This document shows, in pieces, positions 1 through 9,895 of a DNA stretch of 64,000 nucleotides. This stretch comes from an uncultured Planctomycetales bacterium. GTDB lineage: Bacteria; Omnitrophota; Gorgyraeia; Zapsychrales; JANLHA01. A model generated the notes under the pieces. It made no database searches, was not told the origin of the DNA, and was given only the letters and a program-made list of their open reading frames with translations. Location: contig CAYYRJ010000011.1 in NCBI GenBank assembly GCA_964474085.1, positions 11,347 to 75,346 on the forward strand, written 5' to 3'. A program made the position numbers and the translations under genes. Numbering within the stretch: position 1 is the first letter of the stretch; every line of letters begins with the position of its first letter.

Positions 1-413
1 TTCTTTGCGCCAAAACTTCGTCGATCGCCAAGGAACCGATGATGTCGCGAACTGCCAACTGCACCGCCGCGTATAACGCTTCGGTATAACTGGCGATTTT
101 ATTGACGGCAATGTTAGCATCTTCGATTTCATATTGCGCCGTTATGCTCACCTTTAAAGAAACATTGTCGGAACTTAAAACTTCCTGTCCCGGGATCGTG
201 ATGACGCGGGGACGCACATCGATCTTAACAATAGTCGTATTCTGAGAAAACTTAAAATAGCGACCTGATTCCAAAATACCAACAAATTTTCCCTTGTGGT
301 ATTTTAAACCTTTCTCGTACTCAAAAATGGTGACGAAATATTTGGAACTAAACACTACAATTACGACCCAGCCTATAAAGCCGAGTACTGCCAAACTTGC
401 TATCGCTGATAAT
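1..413 (-). CDS. SPFH/band-7 (HflK/HflC/stomatin-like) membrane protein, N-terminal part only. The gene continues beyond the left window edge.
   Basis: Reverse-strand translation from ATG at 413 gives MTLSAIASLAVLGFIGWVVIVVF (TM anchor), then KYFVTIFEYEKGLKYHKGKF...VKIDVRPRVITIPGQEVLSSDNVSLKVSITAQYEIEDANIAV, a typical SPFH domain start. It is not in the ORF track because the window truncates it. Confidence 0.5.
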
Positions 414-636
414 GTCATTTTCTTTCTCCTTTTTTTTAATATGTTCTGTCTTAAGAAAATTGTAGAATCGCAGTGGAGGTTGTTCACCTGCAAGACGGCT
501 TTTCTACTAGCAACTTTCTTAAGACAGAACGTGGGGATTTGAACCCCTCGGATTGCTCCTTGACCAGGGCGAGCGTTGATCTGCAAAATGATATGGCAGA
601 TGCCATGTCATCGCACTGTGATCGCTCGCGTATTTT

Positions 637-2154
637 TTATGCTGCTCCTTTTAAACTTTTATCTTCGTCTTTAATAACAAACCGTGCTTTTAACTTTGCC
701 ACGGGACTTGCTAACCCGGCGCTCTCGACAGATTTCAAAACTTCTTTGAAATCTTTATACGCCGCCGGAGCTTCGTCCAAAGGATACTGACGGCAATTGG
801 ACATAATGTCATTATCAACAAAACTTTGATCAACCTCTTTCTGATTCAAAGTTCTCATCGCCGCCTTACGTCCCAATGCACGCCCAGCACCGTGATTAAC
901 GCTATAGCAACTTTTCTCCGCTCCGGGATCAGCCACCATAACCACGGAACCATCCTTCGGATTCCCGGGAAGTAAAATAGGATGTCCCGTGTCCGCAAAG
1001 AGCGTGTCCTTCAACGCAAAGTGTCCTGCCGGAAATGCCCGAGTTGCTCCTTTGCGGTGGACCCATGCTTTTTGATTGTCCACCACTTCCTGACGGGCAA
1101 TATTATGGCTGATAAAATAAACCAAATTACCTTTCACTCCAGGAATAATCTCTTGAAATGCTTCCAAGACCAAAGCATTGATCAAAAGATGATTGATCGT
1201 CGCAAAGTTAGCCCCCAAAGACATATCATTGATATAAGCATCTGCTTCAGGCGTTCCTAAAGGCGCATAAACCAATTCCTTATCCTCTCCCGGCAATGGA
1301 ATGTCCCAGGTAGAGAATTTGTTTTGTAAGGTCTTGAATTGATGTTGCGCTAAGTGATAACCAAACCCGCGCGAACCACAATGGGAAAGAAAGGCCACCT
1401 TGTTATGTTTAAGGCCGAAGACTTCGGCCACTTTTTCGGCACGCGCATTCTTCTCAATTTCCACCACTTCGCATTCGCCAAAATGATTTCCGCCGCCGTA
1501 TGATCCTAATTGCGAGATTTTTTTCTCAAAATTATCAAACAATCCGGATTCAATCAAATATTGCAATCTTTGTCCTAAAGCATCAGCCGTTCCATCATGT
1601 CCGACGTGAAAAGAATCTTCGCAGCGTAAAGCCCAATCCACAGGAATACCTAATTGTTCACACACTGAAGCCGAAGCTCCATTGATGGCCACTTGTCTTC
1701 CCAAAACTTCATTAACACGTCTGGCTTTCTTCACCGACCGCTGTCCCTGCCCCGCACCCGTCGGGGTTCTTTCTAAAATCGCATTTATCAACGCCCGACG
1801 GGTGATTTGATCAATAACCGCATCTGCCGGCAAATCCAACTGCAATAAACTCATTGAACACTTAATATCTACTCCAACTGGACCAGGATATATATGCGTA
1901 GGCGACACCAGCACACATCCAACTGGGGCGCCATAACCGCAGTGCGCATCTGGATTCAAAACTAAATCGGTAACCCCGGGAGCGCCACGCGAATTTAAGG
2001 CTTGCTGAATACAAAGGTCATCAAAGGTTTTTCTAATCGCCTCTGTTCCAATCACGGTAATTGGTTTTCCTTCACTATTATGCATAGGAAGAAAACCCGT
2101 TGCTTCGCCAGTGACATGAATTCTTGAAGTTGGTTCGTTCGTTTGTTCTGACAT
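637..2154 (-). CDS. rtcB: RNA-splicing ligase RtcB (3'-phosphate/5'-OH RNA ligase)
   Basis: 505 aa carrying the conserved RtcB metal/GTP-binding motifs NPDAHCGYG, GGNHFGE, SHCGSRG, HRKGAT and NHGAGR. Confidence 0.9.
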   Translation of the reverse strand: MSEQTNEPTSRIHVTGEATGFLPMHNSEGKPITVIGTEAIRKTFDDLCIQQALNSRGAPGVTDLVLNPDAHCGYGAPVGCVLVSPTHIYPGPVGVDIKCSMSLLQLDLPADAVIDQITRRALINAILERTPTGAGQGQRSVKKARRVNEVLGRQVAINGASASVCEQLGIPVDWALRCEDSFHVGHDGTADALGQRLQYLIESGLFDNFEKKISQLGSYGGGNHFGECEVVEIEKNARAEKVAEVFGLKHNKVAFLSHCGSRGFGYHLAQHQFKTLQNKFSTWDIPLPGEDKELVYAPLGTPEADAYINDMSLGANFATINHLLINALVLEAFQEIIPGVKGNLVYFISHNIARQEVVDNQKAWVHRKGATRAFPAGHFALKDTLFADTGHPILLPGNPKDGSVVMVADPGAEKSCYSVNHGAGRALGRKAAMRTLNQKEVDQSFVDNDIMSNCRQYPLDEAPAAYKDFKEVLKSVESAGLASPVAKLKARFVIKDEDKSLKGAA

Positions 2155-2275
2155 ATATTTTCCTTTACGTTTCCCTTTCCTTTATCGTTAATGAAAGCAT
2201 ACCCCATCCAAACCTAAATGTCAAATTTATTTTTATTCTCTTGTATAAATGTTTATCCTATGGTATATTTTTATC

Positions 2276-3874
2276 ATGAATACAAAAGTTGCTATCGGCT
2301 TGCTTGGGACAACCCTTGATCAAGGGAAAGATGAAAATCGCTGGAATAAATGGCGGCCCACCTTATCTCTTTTTCAACATGAAGACCTCCTTATACAACG
2401 TTTTGATCTCCTCTACGAAAAAAAGTTTCAAGACCTCGCCGATTTAATCATTGCCGACATCAAATCCATCTCCCCCGAAACTCGAGTTGTTCCCCACATT
2501 ATTGAAGTGAAAGATGCGTGGGATTTTGAAAATATGTACAGCGTGCTTTTTGACTTTGCTCGTAATTATCCCTTTAATATAGAGAAAGAAGAATATCTCA
2601 TACACATCACAACCGGATCCCACGTAGCGCAAATCTGCGAATTTTTATTAACTGAAAGTCGATATTTCCCCGCTAAACTTATTCAAACCTCCCCATCCAA
2701 AACTGAAGGCTTTAAAGGGGAATATCGCGTCATCGATCTAGACCTTTCCAAGTACGACAACATCGTTAAACGATTTCGAAAAGAACAACGAGAAAATTTA
2801 TCGTTTCTCAAATCTGGAATAGCGACCAAAAATATAAAATACAATCGACTCATCGAGCAAATTGAACGCGCAACCATCAATTCGAACGCTCCTCTTCTCT
2901 TGACTGGCCCGACCGGCGCTGGCAAATCACATCTCGCCCGTCAAATCTTTGAACTCAAAAAAACTCATAACCAAATCAAAGGTCAATTTATTGAAGTCAA
3001 CTGCGCGACTCTGCGCGGAGAAATGTCAGCATCTACTCTCTTTGGCCACGTAAAAGGCGCATTCAACGGTGCCACAAAAGACCGCCAAGGTTTATTACGA
3101 GAAGCGAACGAAGGAGTTTTATTTCTCGACGAGATCGGCGAGCTAGGAATCGATGAGCAAGCCATGCTATTGAAAGCCCTAGAAGAACAACGATTCCTTC
3201 CGATCGGCAGCGATCAGGAAGTCGAAAGTAAATTCCAATTGATAGCCGGAACAAACCTAGATCTCGGCATCGAAGTTGATAAAGGAAATTTTCGCACTGA
3301 TCTCTACTCGCGCATTAATCTATGGACCTTTTGCCTCCCCTCCTTAAAAGAGCGTCCCGAAGATATTGATGCCAATCTGGAATTCGAATTAGAAAAATTT
3401 TCGCAAACACACAACATCAACGTCACGATAAATAAAGAAGCTAAAGAATCCTACTTGCAATTTGCAAAGTCTGAGAAAGCCTTATGGAAAGCCAACTTCC
3501 GCGATCTGAATGCTTCCATCATTCGCATGGCGACATTAGCTGATGGCGGTAGAATTAATATTGAACTGGCTCAGGAAGAAATTGATCGGTTAAACAAACT
3601 TTGGAAAAGGAATGAAGACTCCAAAGAGGAAGAAATTCTAGAACGCTTGCTCACCCAAGAACAATTGCAGAAACTAGACAGGATTGAAAGAATTCAACTT
3701 ATTGAAGTTATAAAGATTTGCCGTGAATCACGCAACTTATCAGAAGCAGGTCGAATACTATACAACGCCTCCCGCACGCTAAAATCAAGTTCCAACGATG
3801 CCGATCGACTTAAAAAACTCCTCGCCCGCCACAATCTCTCCTGGGACCAAATTAAAAACGCATCCACAATATAA
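2276..3874 (+). CDS. rtcR: RtcR, a sigma-54-dependent transcriptional activator with an N-terminal CARF domain. The ORF track starts at 2249; ATG 2276 (MNTKVAIGLLGT...) is the more likely start.
   Basis: N-terminal CARF-like region, a central AAA+ sigma-54 interaction domain (LLTGPTGAGKSHLARQIF; GAFNGA; ESELFGH-like LFGHVKGAF) and a C-terminal HTH. It is divergently arranged with rtcB, as in characterised rtc loci. Confidence 0.85.
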   Translation: MNTKVAIGLLGTTLDQGKDENRWNKWRPTLSLFQHEDLLIQRFDLLYEKKFQDLADLIIADIKSISPETRVVPHIIEVKDAWDFENMYSVLFDFARNYPFNIEKEEYLIHITTGSHVAQICEFLLTESRYFPAKLIQTSPSKTEGFKGEYRVIDLDLSKYDNIVKRFRKEQRENLSFLKSGIATKNIKYNRLIEQIERATINSNAPLLLTGPTGAGKSHLARQIFELKKTHNQIKGQFIEVNCATLRGEMSASTLFGHVKGAFNGATKDRQGLLREANEGVLFLDEIGELGIDEQAMLLKALEEQRFLPIGSDQEVESKFQLIAGTNLDLGIEVDKGNFRTDLYSRINLWTFCLPSLKERPEDIDANLEFELEKFSQTHNINVTINKEAKESYLQFAKSEKALWKANFRDLNASIIRMATLADGGRINIELAQEEIDRLNKLWKRNEDSKEEEILERLLTQEQLQKLDRIERIQLIEVIKICRESRNLSEAGRILYNASRTLKSSSNDADRLKKLLARHNLSWDQIKNASTI

Positions 3875-3895
3875 TGATGCCAGATCAGTGCCAAC

Positions 3896-4612
3896 TTAAT
3901 ACTTAACAACGACTTTTTCTAAAACACTGTTCACATTAACTTCAAATCTCCAATCCCAGCCTAATTTTCCTCCTGCATGATTAGGATCAAGCATTCTAAC
4001 TAACCAATAGTTTTCTTCGTGTTCAGCTAAATACTGACGATAACTCCCGCCCATATGTCCCAACCGCAATGCTTCGATCAACTTTAATACTTCTATTGCT
4101 ATCTCAGATGATGTAATTTTAATGCTCTGCTTTTTAAATAAATCATTTAGCTCCGGGTTCGTCATTTGTTTCTGGCCAATATCGGCCGAGAAATATTGAT
4201 TAAACTCAATCATCTGCCCATCAGGGGCAATCAACACAAAATACGACTTTTGCTTTTTATCATTTCCCAAATTCTTCTTTAGCTTATAATCGGGAAAATA
4301 TTCCAACATTAAACTTTTCAACTCTTCTTTATTTGATTTATCTCTTAATAAATCAGAAGGAAGCAGAACTGTATCCATCACTACAGCCAAGGGCATGTCG
4401 ATAATCGCTAATGAAATAATAATCGGCTCAGCACCTGTAAGTAGCGGATCATAATTCTTTGAACCTACTCCTGCAAGCCACTGGACATCTTCCCGAACGG
4501 CCGGGTAAATACCTCGGGTGATCTTAGGGTTATCCATATCCGAACGGACAGTCATAGAAGCACAACCACTATTAAGAACACCAAAAACCAGTAAAATAAT
4601 TATTCTTTTCAT
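3896..4612 (-). CDS. Hypothetical lipoprotein (lipobox ...LNSGC)
   Basis: N-terminus MKRIIILLVFGVLNSGCAS is a signal peptide plus lipobox. No recognisable catalytic motifs. Confidence 0.5.
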   Translation of the reverse strand: MKRIIILLVFGVLNSGCASMTVRSDMDNPKITRGIYPAVREDVQWLAGVGSKNYDPLLTGAEPIIISLAIIDMPLAVVMDTVLLPSDLLRDKSNKEELKSLMLEYFPDYKLKKNLGNDKKQKSYFVLIAPDGQMIEFNQYFSADIGQKQMTNPELNDLFKKQSIKITSSEIAIEVLKLIEALRLGHMGGSYRQYLAEHEENYWLVRMLDPNHAGGKLGWDWRFEVNVNSVLEKVVVKY

Positions 4613-4631
4613 AACTACCCCCGTTATTGCC

Positions 4632-5201
4632 CTACATCAATTGAACCGGCCAATTCTCATAACCTTTTTTGTATTTATACCGGATCGGCTTTATCTCACA
4701 GTTAAACACATCTTTTGAAATGTAAAGATCGTATTGCATTTGCGGATCTTTTTTAAGGTCGAAGTAATAGACGCAATATGTGATGTACTTCTTGGAGCGA
4801 TCATCTTTGTAGCTAGCTGTTTTTTCCATGCTTGTTGGCCTAATCGTCTCGCCGGACCCAGCTTCCACAAGATGCACATACGCCAAATCACAGGATTCTA
4901 TGGGGGTATCTTTACGAAACGTAATAAGCAACCCGGAAGTCTTTTCATTTAATTTACGAACATCTTCTTTACTGTCAAAGGTAACCGGAAAATAAAACAA
5001 AGTGTATCCACTGCTTTCGATACTCAGGACAATGTCAAAAACTTCTATATCCCCCTGATTACATTGAAAATGAAAATTTGAATAGCCCCAATCCTGTTTC
5101 CAAGTCGGCGACTGTTGCGGGGCTAAAACAGTTTTTCCCTGATAGCTTGCGCATCCACCGAATAGGATTATTACGAAAAGAGCCGAGAATATATTTTTCA
5201 C
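4632..5201 (-). CDS. Hypothetical lipoprotein
   Basis: MKNIFSALFVIILFGGCAS signal peptide/lipobox. Tightly spaced with its neighbours. Confidence 0.5.
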   Translation of the reverse strand: MKNIFSALFVIILFGGCASYQGKTVLAPQQSPTWKQDWGYSNFHFQCNQGDIEVFDIVLSIESSGYTLFYFPVTFDSKEDVRKLNEKTSGLLITFRKDTPIESCDLAYVHLVEAGSGETIRPTSMEKTASYKDDRSKKYITYCVYYFDLKKDPQMQYDLYISKDVFNCEIKPIRYKYKKGYENWPVQLM

Positions 5202-5223
5202 TACGTCTCCTCCTTCCGGACAA

Positions 5224-5928
5224 CTACATTTTGCCTAATTTCTTAATAAACTGATCCGTTAAAGAATCGACTAGTGCATCTCTTAAGGCAGCGAGAACCT
5301 GCTCCTGCTTACCGTACAGGTTATAAGTTGTCCCATAATCATCTTTTGCTTCTTGTGAACTGACCATAAAGACTGCCTTACCTGTCTCAACATCAATCAA
5401 AGCTCCCGTCGCTTTCCCCTCTGTAACAATTTTATGAGTAGGGAATATAAACGCACCGACAATCGTTAAGTCCATAATTCCGAGCCAGCTTTGTCGTTCC
5501 CCCATTTCAGAGGTACCACCAAATAAAAACAAATAATCTGCCCCAAGATCCTTCGCCAATTTTCTCATTTTTCCCATTCTGCTTCCAAAATCAACTGCAT
5601 CTTGAGTCTTATCATTTCCATAATAATTCGACTGATTTCCTCCCACAGGGATCACACTGACAGATGCAATCAAATCATTTTGAGACCCAAGTTTTTCTAA
5701 CATCAACTTCGGTGGAGCATTTTCACCAACTTGCGCTACAGCCAACTTGATCGGCTTCACGAAACTCTTGGTTTCTTTTGCTGAATCAGTTTGCCCGTCG
5801 TAAAGTCCATAAATAAAATTTGAGTAATTAAAATTACCTTGCTCTCTTAACGATAATCCTGTTGTTTGACATCCTGCCACAAAAACAACTGCCACAATTA
5901 ATGCCGATACCTTAAAAATCTTTTCCAT
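5224..5928 (-). CDS. Hypothetical lipoprotein
   Basis: MEKIFKVSALIVAVVFVAGCQT signal peptide/lipobox. Confidence 0.5.
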   Translation of the reverse strand: MEKIFKVSALIVAVVFVAGCQTTGLSLREQGNFNYSNFIYGLYDGQTDSAKETKSFVKPIKLAVAQVGENAPPKLMLEKLGSQNDLIASVSVIPVGGNQSNYYGNDKTQDAVDFGSRMGKMRKLAKDLGADYLFLFGGTSEMGERQSWLGIMDLTIVGAFIFPTHKIVTEGKATGALIDVETGKAVFMVSSQEAKDDYGTTYNLYGKQEQVLAALRDALVDSLTDQFIKKLGKM

Positions 5929-5985
5929 ATCATCATCCTCCCCTGTGAATTTGATTCAGTTAATGAGATATCTTTCAAAATCTCC

Positions 5986-6240
5986 TTATCTCACTCCTCC
6001 AGTAACCATCCCAGTCAGGAGATTGATTTCGTTAAATCTTTGTGAATTGGGATACACGCTTTTATAAATAATTCTTTTGGCTAAAATTCGCCCATCCGTC
6101 ATTTTTATAACGAGCCACGTCGTGCTTTCAATAGTAGGCCCATGATCGATGATTTCGTTAATAACCTCTCTCGATCCGATAATTTCTTTTTCTTTACTGC
6201 GTACAACTTTATTACAGACAACCGAAACTATTTTCTTCAT
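5986..6240 (-). CDS. Small hypothetical protein (84 aa)
   Basis: ORF only. It is co-directional with its neighbours and has no motif support. Confidence 0.25.
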   Translation of the reverse strand: MKKIVSVVCNKVVRSKEKEIIGSREVINEIIDHGPTIESTTWLVIKMTDGRILAKRIIYKSVYPNSQRFNEINLLTGMVTGGVR

Positions 6241-6292
6241 ATCAACCTCCTTTTTAATTGTTAACCATTCAACTATATGGGCAAAAAAAATT

Positions 6293-6820
6293 TCACCTCT
6301 TCTCTGTCTTCTTAATTGTTGCTTCTGGAAATTCTGATGGTTTCATAAACACTCCTTCTTTACACCAGCATTGAGCGAAATAGTAGTTTTTTTGGATTTC
6401 ACTATATGCAGCTTCGGATTCTTGTCCTTTCTGCAAAGCAAAGTAAGATTTCCCTTTAATTAATAAAGCAAGTCCTACAGTATTTAATGGTTTATGTTTA
6501 AATATCGCTTCTTTTGACATCCATTCGTATTCCTTGAGTGAATCTTGTATTGATTTCGCCTCTTTCATATTTGCATTGATCGCCTCATCAGCGTATTCAA
6601 TGGCTTTATCGAATCGTTTACCTCGATAGGCAATCTTAGCTTTGATTAGTATGGCATCGTCGTCTTCTTCATTTTCACTCGCTGCCGTCCAATCGTAAAA
6701 TCTCTTTTCACATATTCGGGAATAATCCAAAGAACCCCAAAAAGATGAAGCCTGTGCATTTCCCAGATCAACACTAAAGAATATGAGCATAACGACGGCA
6801 CATAAATAACGAAGTTTCAT
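6293..6820 (-). CDS. Secreted hypothetical protein (signal peptide, TPR-like helical repeats)
   Basis: MKLRYLCAVVMLIFFSVDLGNAQA signal peptide, followed by a helical-repeat-like sequence with regularly spaced A/Y/E residues. Confidence 0.4.
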   Translation of the reverse strand: MKLRYLCAVVMLIFFSVDLGNAQASSFWGSLDYSRICEKRFYDWTAASENEEDDDAILIKAKIAYRGKRFDKAIEYADEAINANMKEAKSIQDSLKEYEWMSKEAIFKHKPLNTVGLALLIKGKSYFALQKGQESEAAYSEIQKNYYFAQCWCKEGVFMKPSEFPEATIKKTEKR

Positions 6821-6827
6821 AATGGAA

Positions 6828-7655
6828 TTAACTCCCCTTAATTTTCTTTAAAAACTCACTTATCCCTTCAATAAAAACGGCCTTAGAGCGAAAATATCCG
6901 TCATTATGCCCTCCCCTAATTTTCAAAAACCCTTTCGGGACAGGTGCCTCGTCAAATAGCTTTTTGCCCATATAAAATGGGATGATGTCATCATCGATAC
7001 TATGAATAATCAGTTTAGGAGCGGAAACATTCTTAATTTTGTCAACTGAGTCCATTTTTGTCGAAATTAATGACCCGACAGAAATAGATGAGCTTGCATT
7101 GGCCATGTCAGAGATAGAGGTAAACGTAGAGTCGGCAATTAAGCCAGCAAATTCCCTTTTAGTGGCCAAATCTATGGCTATCGCCCCTCCCAATGATTCA
7201 CCATAAACGATTATTTGCTTAGAATTAAAATTCTTTTGCGTACCGAGATAATCGTACGCTGCTTCCGCATCTTGATAGACACCTCTTTCTGTCGGAACAC
7301 CTTCACTTTTTCCATACCCTCTATAATCAATAATAAAAACATTGAGACCTAAGTTATGGAAAGTCATGATTTTATCTAAGCGGTGAGAAATATTTCCTGC
7401 ATTACCATGAAAGAAAAGCAGTGTTCCTTTATTCTCCTCAGATTTAATAAACCATCCATTGAGTTTAATTCTATCCTGCGTCGTAAAGTAGATATCTTCA
7501 AATGAAAGACCTATCGATTGGGGACTACGCGAGACCTCCCGGTCAGGATAAAAAATTACTTTCCGCGCTAGCTTATCAATCGGATTTATTGAAGCACAGC
7601 TCGCGATCGTAAAAGCAAAAAGAATCAAAGGAATGTTTCTTATAGTTGTCGGCAT
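6828..7655 (-). CDS. Alpha/beta-fold hydrolase (lipoprotein). The start is reassigned to ATG 7655 (MPTTIRNIPLILFAFTIASCAS), so it no longer overlaps the upstream gene.
   Basis: HGNAGN oxyanion motif, GESLGG nucleophile elbow, and a C-terminal HNDGYF-type catalytic His region. Confidence 0.7.
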   Translation of the reverse strand: MPTTIRNIPLILFAFTIASCASINPIDKLARKVIFYPDREVSRSPQSIGLSFEDIYFTTQDRIKLNGWFIKSEENKGTLLFFHGNAGNISHRLDKIMTFHNLGLNVFIIDYRGYGKSEGVPTERGVYQDAEAAYDYLGTQKNFNSKQIIVYGESLGGAIAIDLATKREFAGLIADSTFTSISDMANASSSISVGSLISTKMDSVDKIKNVSAPKLIIHSIDDDIIPFYMGKKLFDEAPVPKGFLKIRGGHNDGYFRSKAVFIEGISEFLKKIKGS

Positions 7656-7656
7656 A

Positions 7657-8895
7657 TTATCTCGCTGTTGACATGCTACTAAAGCCGCCCTTGCGCTTTT
7701 TTGGTTGTTGCGTAATCTGTCCAGCTGCTGGGGCAGCATCATTTGCTACCCAAATATAATTGGCTTCATTAAGGACTTCGGGTTGATTTTCTACATTTTG
7801 CACATACGGGACATTTATTTGAGGAGGTAAATTATTGAGAACAGTTCTTGAGGAGTTAAATTGTCTTAATAGTCGAGACTCCTCCGGCTTGATCTCTTCT
7901 GTCTTTTCCAATTTAGCCAAACTAAAAACACCTCGAAATCCACGGCTATCATTCCATTGACCAAATAGTGCGTCTTTCGTTGGATCTATTTTGCCGTCAA
8001 TAACAGTTTTCACCTGATTGTTATCATAAAAAACATAATTAAACTCGCCGGTGCGTGAATTAAACTTCTTAATATTGCTTGGGTAAATATAAATGTTAGG
8101 AGCTAATTGCCCTTCCTGAATTTTACCTTGATCATCAACATTTAAATTAACTTGAATCAGTTGATTCCCGGGAAAAGTATAATCACCCGACCATACCCCG
8201 GCTAGATCAGCGGTTTCGAAAACAATCCCCTCTTGTGGTTTTGGAGGAAACGAAGAATAAACAATATCAACTTTATCGGACACCACAATATCAGCTGGCG
8301 TAATCATTTTTCTGTCCAAAGGTAATTCTCCACCGGTAATGTATCTAATAAACGCTTCGTGAGGTTGCCAACTGAGGTCGCCTAAGTTTACAAAATTTGT
8401 CAGTTGAAGTCCTATGGCAGCATCAACTGCTTTATAAATTAGCTCTGAACAATAAATTTTTTCATTGTCCCAATCATACTGAACGTCGTAAGGTAAACCC
8501 TTAAATTTATTAGCGGCTTTGATTATTTTAGGAATATCTCTCTGATATTTTTCTTTTAAGCGCACAATTGTGATCCTATGGCCTATACCACGATTTATCC
8601 ACGTGTTGAGCGGTGTCTCAATAACAGGTCCGATAGCTTCTAAAACATAAAAGTTGCTCTGCTTCTTAACGATAATTCCACAGTGAGAATACGGACTATT
8701 CGTAATATCGGCGATGACACGCGTCAAACGTCCCGGAAGATGTTGAAAAATAAAATCACCTTCACGGATATCTAAATCTTGAGAATAACTTAAGAACTTC
8801 TTATTTAAAACGACTGTCTCAGAATAGGCATTACTTATAAGAGGAAAGCACCAAACAATTTGAAATGCCAATATGAGTCTCAGAATTTTTTTCAT
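7657..8895 (-). CDS. Secreted protein with a YiiX/DUF830-like permuted papain-fold (NlpC/P60-like) amidase domain (tentative)
   Basis: Signal peptide MKKILRLILAFQIVWCFPLISNAYS. An SPYSHCGIIV motif resembles the catalytic Cys region of YiiX-family permuted papain-like hydrolases. Long C-terminal extension. Confidence 0.4.
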   Translation of the reverse strand: MKKILRLILAFQIVWCFPLISNAYSETVVLNKKFLSYSQDLDIREGDFIFQHLPGRLTRVIADITNSPYSHCGIIVKKQSNFYVLEAIGPVIETPLNTWINRGIGHRITIVRLKEKYQRDIPKIIKAANKFKGLPYDVQYDWDNEKIYCSELIYKAVDAAIGLQLTNFVNLGDLSWQPHEAFIRYITGGELPLDRKMITPADIVVSDKVDIVYSSFPPKPQEGIVFETADLAGVWSGDYTFPGNQLIQVNLNVDDQGKIQEGQLAPNIYIYPSNIKKFNSRTGEFNYVFYDNNQVKTVIDGKIDPTKDALFGQWNDSRGFRGVFSLAKLEKTEEIKPEESRLLRQFNSSRTVLNNLPPQINVPYVQNVENQPEVLNEANYIWVANDAAPAAGQITQQPKKRKGGFSSMSTAR

Positions 8896-8948
8896 ATCTC
8901 CTCCCCCATTAAAGATACTTCACCACTCAACTATCGATTTAAAAAAAT

Positions 8949-9473
8949 TTACCCTTCTTGCAATTTATTGAGCCAATTATTTAAAACGACTGCCGCTGTT
9001 TTTTGATTTTGCTGATCCATAACAATCATTAAATCTTGTAAGATTTTGTTATAACCCGGCCAAATATCATCCAACATCTTTGAACCTTTGGCAGTAATTT
9101 TCATAATATTAACCCTCCGATCCCCCTCAAGAGCGGAGCGGGTGACAAAACCGTCTTTCTCCAACTTGTCGATGAGTTTAGTCATGTTGGAAGGAGTGAC
9201 AATCAATCGCTTACTGACTTCGACTTGCGGAATTCCCTTTTCGCCGCCTTGATGCTTAATGACCATCAAGATATTAAATTTTCCGAGAGTAAGATCAAAA
9301 TTTTCTAAGTAGGAAGAAGTTTTATCCGTGATGATGTTGTGTATTAACGCGAGGCTATATATTGCCTCTTCATAATACTTACCTTTCCCCTCTTCAACGC
9401 CGAATGACTTTAGCAAGCCCATATATTTTCCTCGATTTAAATAAAGTTTACTATTCAACAGTTTCTTTGTCAA
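8949..9473 (-). CDS. MarR-family winged-helix transcriptional regulator (the start may be the internal Met MGLLKSFG)
   Basis: Size and a central HTH-like segment (GIPQVEVSKRLIVTPSNMTKLIDKLEKDGFVTR...DRR) typical of MarR regulators. Confidence 0.6.
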   Translation of the reverse strand: MTKKLLNSKLYLNRGKYMGLLKSFGVEEGKGKYYEEAIYSLALIHNIITDKTSSYLENFDLTLGKFNILMVIKHQGGEKGIPQVEVSKRLIVTPSNMTKLIDKLEKDGFVTRSALEGDRRVNIMKITAKGSKMLDDIWPGYNKILQDLMIVMDQQNQKTAAVVLNNWLNKLQEG

Positions 9474-9785
9474 CTAATAATTTTAAAATAATTCCCTCTC
9501 ACTAGTCTGTGTCTGTATTCCCATAACATATCATTAACCCCCGGCGGGAGTCCCACAATGGGAATTTCGTTTTTAAGGATCAGGATTCTTTCAAACAATC
9601 TTCGCGCATTAACGTGCCCCCTCAATCGCTCCGCTAGCTTGTGATAACAAAGTTACAGCTCCCCTCCTCTTCCCCTTGATAGAGCAAGGCAAAAGATCCT
9701 ATCACTCACTCTAAGTATCTATTGGGGATATATTATATACCCCCCGCCGGCTCGCCAAAGGGGGATTTCGGTTTTTGGCGGTCCC

Positions 9786-9895
9786 AAATTACCGACCTTC
9801 AGGTACTCAACCTGAAGAATTTCTTACGTAACTTATTGGTAATGAAGGCTGATCGCCCGTGGTGGGTGGCTTGTGTGCCAGATTTGTGCCAATTC
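9786..9895 (-). pseudogene. Degenerate 3'-terminal remnant of a tyrosine-integrase gene of the same family as the int at 21058-22164. It includes the downstream hairpin and the 19-bp att-like core.
   Basis: Reverse-strand translation reads ...GTNLAHKPPTTGDQPSLPISYVRNSSG*. The int C-terminus reads ...GTNMAHRTPASTDSPSFPMGYK*. Both are followed by a cttcagg...cctgaag gtcgg hairpin (9786-9800 and 21028-21057). Confidence 0.5.
9874..9892. repeat. Left copy of a perfect 19-bp direct repeat, tgtgccagatttgtgccaa (candidate att core)
   Basis: Identical to 32749-32767. A 17/19 variant gtgccaTatttgtgccaG lies at 21108-21126 inside the int 3' end. Confidence 0.75.

Noticed and set aside
294-790. Two plus-strand ORFs (294-542 and 473-790) in the first kb
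   Set aside because: They overlap the minus-strand SPFH gene start and the rtcB 3' end, have no motif support, and run against the local transcription direction. I treat them as spurious.
2155-2275. Expected sigma-54 (-24 GG / -12 GC) promoter for rtcB between rtcB and rtcR
   Set aside because: The best candidate, tGGatggggtaTGCtttc on the rtcB strand, has a spacing one nt short of consensus and poor flanks. I did not annotate it.
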